Of a DNA stretch of 64,000 nucleotides, positions 60,629 to 64,000 are shown piece by piece; position 1 is the first letter of the stretch, and every line of letters starts with the position of its first letter. The DNA lies in the NCBI GenBank assembly GCA_963701965.1, contig OY969695.1, positions 480,001 to 544,000 of the forward strand, given 5' to 3'. The notes below the pieces were generated by a model. That model saw nothing but the letters and a program-made list of their open reading frames with translations. It searched no databases and was not told the origin of the DNA. The DNA comes from an uncultured Gemmatimonadales bacterium (GTDB lineage Bacteria > Gemmatimonadota > Gemmatimonadetes > Gemmatimonadales > Gemmatimonadaceae). Made by a program: the position numbers and the translations under genes.

Positions 60629-61683
60629 TGATAAACCGTCATGGTGTCATCATCCAGCGTACGCCGCGCGAGTACCGGGAGCCGCACCGCATCCGCCGCC
60701 GCCCGCGGCGGCGCGAACGCGAATGCCCCCAATGCCCCAGCACCAAGAATGCGGGGTGACTGAAAGATAACGAGTCGGTCGACCAGTGACGCCGTGAGAA
60801 GCGCGCCGCCGAGCCGCGCGCCACCTTCGACCAGCAACCCCCGCACGCCGAGCTCGCGGAGCGATTGCAGCGCGTCGGCCGGAGTCGGCGCCTCGATGAC
60901 GCTGACGCCGGCCGCGGTCAGCCGGGCCACGCGCCCTGGATCCGGATCATGCGCCATCACGATCACGGGCGCTTCGCGCCCCGTGTCGACCAACCGGCTA
61001 TCCAGGGGGAGGCGCGCCTTCCGGTCGAAGACCACCCGGCGGGGCGCGACGCGCGGGGCGGCGGCGTCCCGGACCGTCAGCGAGGGATCATCGGCCAGCA
61101 CGGTGCCGATGCCGACGGCGACGGCGTCGCTCCCGGCGCGCATCCGGTGCACCTCGCGCCGTGAGGCCGCATTCGTGATCCAGGCGCTTTGGCCCTCGGC
61201 GTCGGCGAGCGCGCCATCCAGCGAGAGGGCGAGCTTGAGCGTCACCCACGGCCGGTCGGAGACGAACGCATGAAAGAACGCGGCGTTCAGCTCCCGGGCG
61301 GCCCGTTCCTCGACGCCGAAAGTGATCTCCACGCCGGCGTCCCGGAGGCGTCCGGCGCCGCCCCGCGCGACCGGATTGGGGTCCGGGACGGCGATGACGA
61401 CCCGGCGAACACCCGCCGCGAGAAGCGCATCGGCGCACGGCGGCGTCTGTCCGTGATGCGCGCATGGTTCGACCGTGACGTACACGGTCGCCCCGGCCGC
61501 GCGATCGCCCGCGGCGCGCAAGGCGACCACCTCGGCGTGATCCCCACCGTACCGCGCGTGGAAGCCCTCGCCGACGATCTCACCGTCACGCACGACAACG
61601 GCGCCGACCATCGGGTTCGGCGCCGTTTGTCCCCACCCCAGCTCCGCGAGCGCGAGCGCCCGCTGCATGAGCTCGTGATCCAT
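60613..61683 (-). CDS. ribD: riboflavin biosynthesis deaminase/reductase
   Basis: PNPMVG, HAE, EPCAH-G-TPPC, SLDG and VEGG. Confidence 0.96.
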   Translation of the reverse strand: MDHELMQRALALAELGWGQTAPNPMVGAVVVRDGEIVGEGFHARYGGDHAEVVALRAAGDRAAGATVYVTVEPCAHHGQTPPCADALLAAGVRRVVIAVPDPNPVARGGAGRLRDAGVEITFGVEERAARELNAAFFHAFVSDRPWVTLKLALSLDGALADAEGQSAWITNAASRREVHRMRAGSDAVAVGIGTVLADDPSLTVRDAAAPRVAPRRVVFDRKARLPLDSRLVDTGREAPVIVMAHDPDPGRVARLTAAGVSVIEAPTPADALQSLRELGVRGLLVEGGARLGGALLTASLVDRLVIFQSPRILGAGALGAFAFAPPRAAADAVRLPVLARRTLDDDTMTVYQCSRD

Positions 61684-61692
61684 GCCTCGAAA

Positions 61693-62697
61693 TCAGAACT
61701 TGAACAGGAACCCCACCGAGCCGTAGAGGCGGCTGTCGCCGGCCATTTGGCCGTCGAACGTATTGAACGTCGAAATCGTCTTTCCCGCAACGTCGCCGAC
61801 CTCGAACACGATGTGGAAGATCGCCATGTTGAGCGACAGGTCGCCGAAATAGTTGGTGCGGGTGATGTTGAACGCGGGGCTGGCGACCGTGCCGGAGCAC
61901 GCGCCGACCTGGCCGCAGCCGGACGCCGGGGAGAGCGCCACGTCGACGGTGGTCGAGCCCCGATAGTTGTCCGAGCCCGCGCCCAACGCCAAGCCCAGAA
62001 TGAGAAAGTTCTTGCTGGCCACGATGCGCCACGCGGTCGTCTTGAGGCTCAGGTCACGCACCGTCAACGTGTCGCTCTGGCCATCCGTCCCGGAGAGCGT
62101 CGTCGTCGGCAGGTCGCGCTCCATGAACGTCACCGACACCGCGGGGGAGACGGGCGTCTCCTGCACGATACCGAGCCGGCCGCCGTATCCGATCTGGACG
62201 GGCGTCTTGGGCTTGAGCGAGACGTTGTTGGTCGTCACGCTGGGGATGTAGATCGCGCTCACCATGGCGTCGAGCGACGCCACCTTCACAATGCCGAGCG
62301 GCAGACCGCCGAACAAACCGATCCCGGCGACCGCCGACGGCATGGGGACCGGAAAGACCGTGGTGTTGAAATCGGTCTGCTGCGCGCCGTTGATCGACGT
62401 CGAGATGTTGTCGAACTTGGGCACGTTGCCCTTCACGATGTTGGTCTGGACGCCGATCGCGAAGTGGCCGAGTCCACCGAGCGTCCCACCCTGGCCGAGG
62501 ACGGCGTTGCCGCCGGCGACGGCGGTGGCGAGCTGGGGGACGAGATAGTTGAAGAGGTCGACGGTCTTCTGGCACCCGTCCTGAAGCTCGACAGCGGCCG
62601 TAGCGCAGGCGGCTGTTTGAGCGCGCGCGGACGTCGCAAGGAATGGCGCCGAGGCAAGGGCGAGAACTGCGAGCTGACAACGTACGCGGGCTGGCAT
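61693..62697 (-). CDS. putative outer-membrane beta-barrel protein
   Basis: Signal peptide (ARAQ), amphipathic beta strands, C-terminal GSVGFLFKF. Confidence 0.65.
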   Translation of the reverse strand: MPARVRCQLAVLALASAPFLATSARAQTAACATAAVELQDGCQKTVDLFNYLVPQLATAVAGGNAVLGQGGTLGGLGHFAIGVQTNIVKGNVPKFDNISTSINGAQQTDFNTTVFPVPMPSAVAGIGLFGGLPLGIVKVASLDAMVSAIYIPSVTTNNVSLKPKTPVQIGYGGRLGIVQETPVSPAVSVTFMERDLPTTTLSGTDGQSDTLTVRDLSLKTTAWRIVASKNFLILGLALGAGSDNYRGSTTVDVALSPASGCGQVGACSGTVASPAFNITRTNYFGDLSLNMAIFHIVFEVGDVAGKTISTFNTFDGQMAGDSRLYGSVGFLFKF

Positions 62698-62708
62698 TCC
62701 GATCTCCG

Positions 62709-63725
62709 TTACGTGAGTATGACCCGTCCCTCCCCCTGGACCACGCGTCCGAGAGGCCAACAGTCGATGCCGGCGCGGCGCGCGGATGCCGCAACGAGAT
62801 CGGCCGACGACGGGTCGGCGAACACCACCATCCCCACACCCATGTTGAAGGCGCGGTACATCTCTTCTTCGCCAATGCCACCGGCCTCGGCGAGCACTCC
62901 GAACACGCGCGGCACCGGCCAACTCCCGCGCGCGATCTCCGCATCGAGCGACGGCGGCAACACCCGCCCCACGTTGCCCGGCAGTCCGCCGCCGGTCACG
63001 TGCGCCATCGCGTGGACGCGATCGAGAATCGGACGCATCACTGGCAAGTAGGAGCGGTGAACGGCCAGCAGGACATCGGCCACCGTGCCGGTGTCATCCG
63101 GGAACCGGTCCGTCGCGCGAAGATGCAGCCGATCGCTCACCACGCGCCGTGCCAGCGAATACCCGTTCGTGTGCAGCCCTGTGCTTGCCAGACCGAGCAC
63201 CACATCGCCTTTCCGCACCCGCTCGGCGCCCAGCACTCGATCCTCGTCCACGATACCGACGATGAACCCGGCCAGGTCGTAATCGGGAGGCGTATAAACA
63301 CCAGGCATTTCCGCGGTCTCGCCGCCAATGAGAGCGCACTCATTTTCGCGGCAGCCGGCCGCCACGCCGGAGACGATGGCCTCGGCCACGGTCGGATCCA
63401 ACCGCCCGAACGCCACGTAGTCCAGGAAGAACAGCGGGAGCGCGCCCTGGACCAGAATGTCGTTGACGCAGTGGTTCACGAGATCGTGCCCGATCGTCTC
63501 GTGCCGGCCCGCCTCAATGGCGACTTTGACCTTGGTCCCCACCCCATCGGCGCTGGCCACCAAGAGCCGGGGTGTCTCGCCCGCCGGGACCTTGAACATG
63601 CCGCCAAAGCCACCGAACGCCCCGCGCGCTCCGGCCGTGAACGTCGACTCGACCAGGCGCTTGATCCGGCGTTTGGCGTCGTCGGCCGCGTCCAGGTTCA
63701 CACCGGCCGCGCGATAGTCGATCAC
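62709..63725 (-). CDS. purM: phosphoribosylformylglycinamidine cyclo-ligase
   Basis: Y-AAGV, DGVGTK, GGETAEMP, GLHTNGYSL and FNMGVGM. Confidence 0.97.
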   Translation of the reverse strand: MIDYRAAGVNLDAADDAKRRIKRLVESTFTAGARGAFGGFGGMFKVPAGETPRLLVASADGVGTKVKVAIEAGRHETIGHDLVNHCVNDILVQGALPLFFLDYVAFGRLDPTVAEAIVSGVAAGCRENECALIGGETAEMPGVYTPPDYDLAGFIVGIVDEDRVLGAERVRKGDVVLGLASTGLHTNGYSLARRVVSDRLHLRATDRFPDDTGTVADVLLAVHRSYLPVMRPILDRVHAMAHVTGGGLPGNVGRVLPPSLDAEIARGSWPVPRVFGVLAEAGGIGEEEMYRAFNMGVGMVVFADPSSADLVAASARRAGIDCWPLGRVVQGEGRVILT

Positions 63726-64000
63726 CGCGGCATCTCGGTCTGGAAGGCGACCAGCCGATGAAATTCCGCGACCCGGCGGTCAATGTCGGTGCGCGAGAGC
63801 TCGAGGAGGCGGGTGTTCGAGAACTGCTCGACCGCGAACGAACCGAGCGCCGACCCGTACACCACGGCCCGGCGCATGTTGGCTTCGCTCAGGTCGCCAG
63901 TCCGCGCCAGGTAGCCGATGAAGCCCCCCGCGAACGAATCCCCGGCCCCAGTCGGGTCGAAGATCTGCTCCAACGGATAGGCGGGAGCGTAGAAGACCGA
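63722..64000 (-). CDS. PfkB family carbohydrate kinase, partial
   Basis: DPTGAGDSFAGGF; runs off the window end. Confidence 0.9.
   Translation of the reverse strand, partial: SVFYAPAYPLEQIFDPTGAGDSFAGGFIGYLARTGDLSEANMRRAVVYGSALGSFAVEQFSNTRLLELSRTDIDRRVAEFHRLVAFQTEMPR

Noticed and set aside
61684..61692. FMN riboswitch before ribD; likewise cobalamin or SAM riboswitches before the Btu-like ABC genes and metK
   Set aside because: Intergenic gaps are under 20 bp, leaving no room.

Overview
GC-rich bacterial window. The gene set (ADOP-type permease, Hanks kinase, T9SS-type sorting domain, HprK with a mannose-class PTS) suggests Gemmatimonadota, but this is inference. The left ~35 kb is accessory. 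It opens with a translationally coupled operon of four very large uncharacterised proteins, headed by a DUF6603-like protein that is cut by the window edge and followed by a serine hydrolase (1-12265). This operon is the best candidate for an undescribed multi-protein system. Next come two tRNA-Ser genes flanked by three toxin-antitoxin modules. A ~7 kb integrase-less island is bounded by a 78-bp direct repeat of the tRNA 5' end plus its promoter, and carries a Ser/Thr kinase-ADOP permease fusion. Then follow a catalytically substituted alpha/beta-hydrolase and scattered envelope genes and gene relics. The right ~29 kb is mostly minus-strand core genome: tadA, clpB, selB, recO, ECF sigma/YciI, a BtuCDF-like ABC transporter, ahcY, metK, a complete PTS with hprK, hpf, nusB, the rib operon, purM and a PfkB kinase. 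Several core genes carry single-base frameshifts that are probably assembly errors. All product calls come from motif recognition; no database searches were run.
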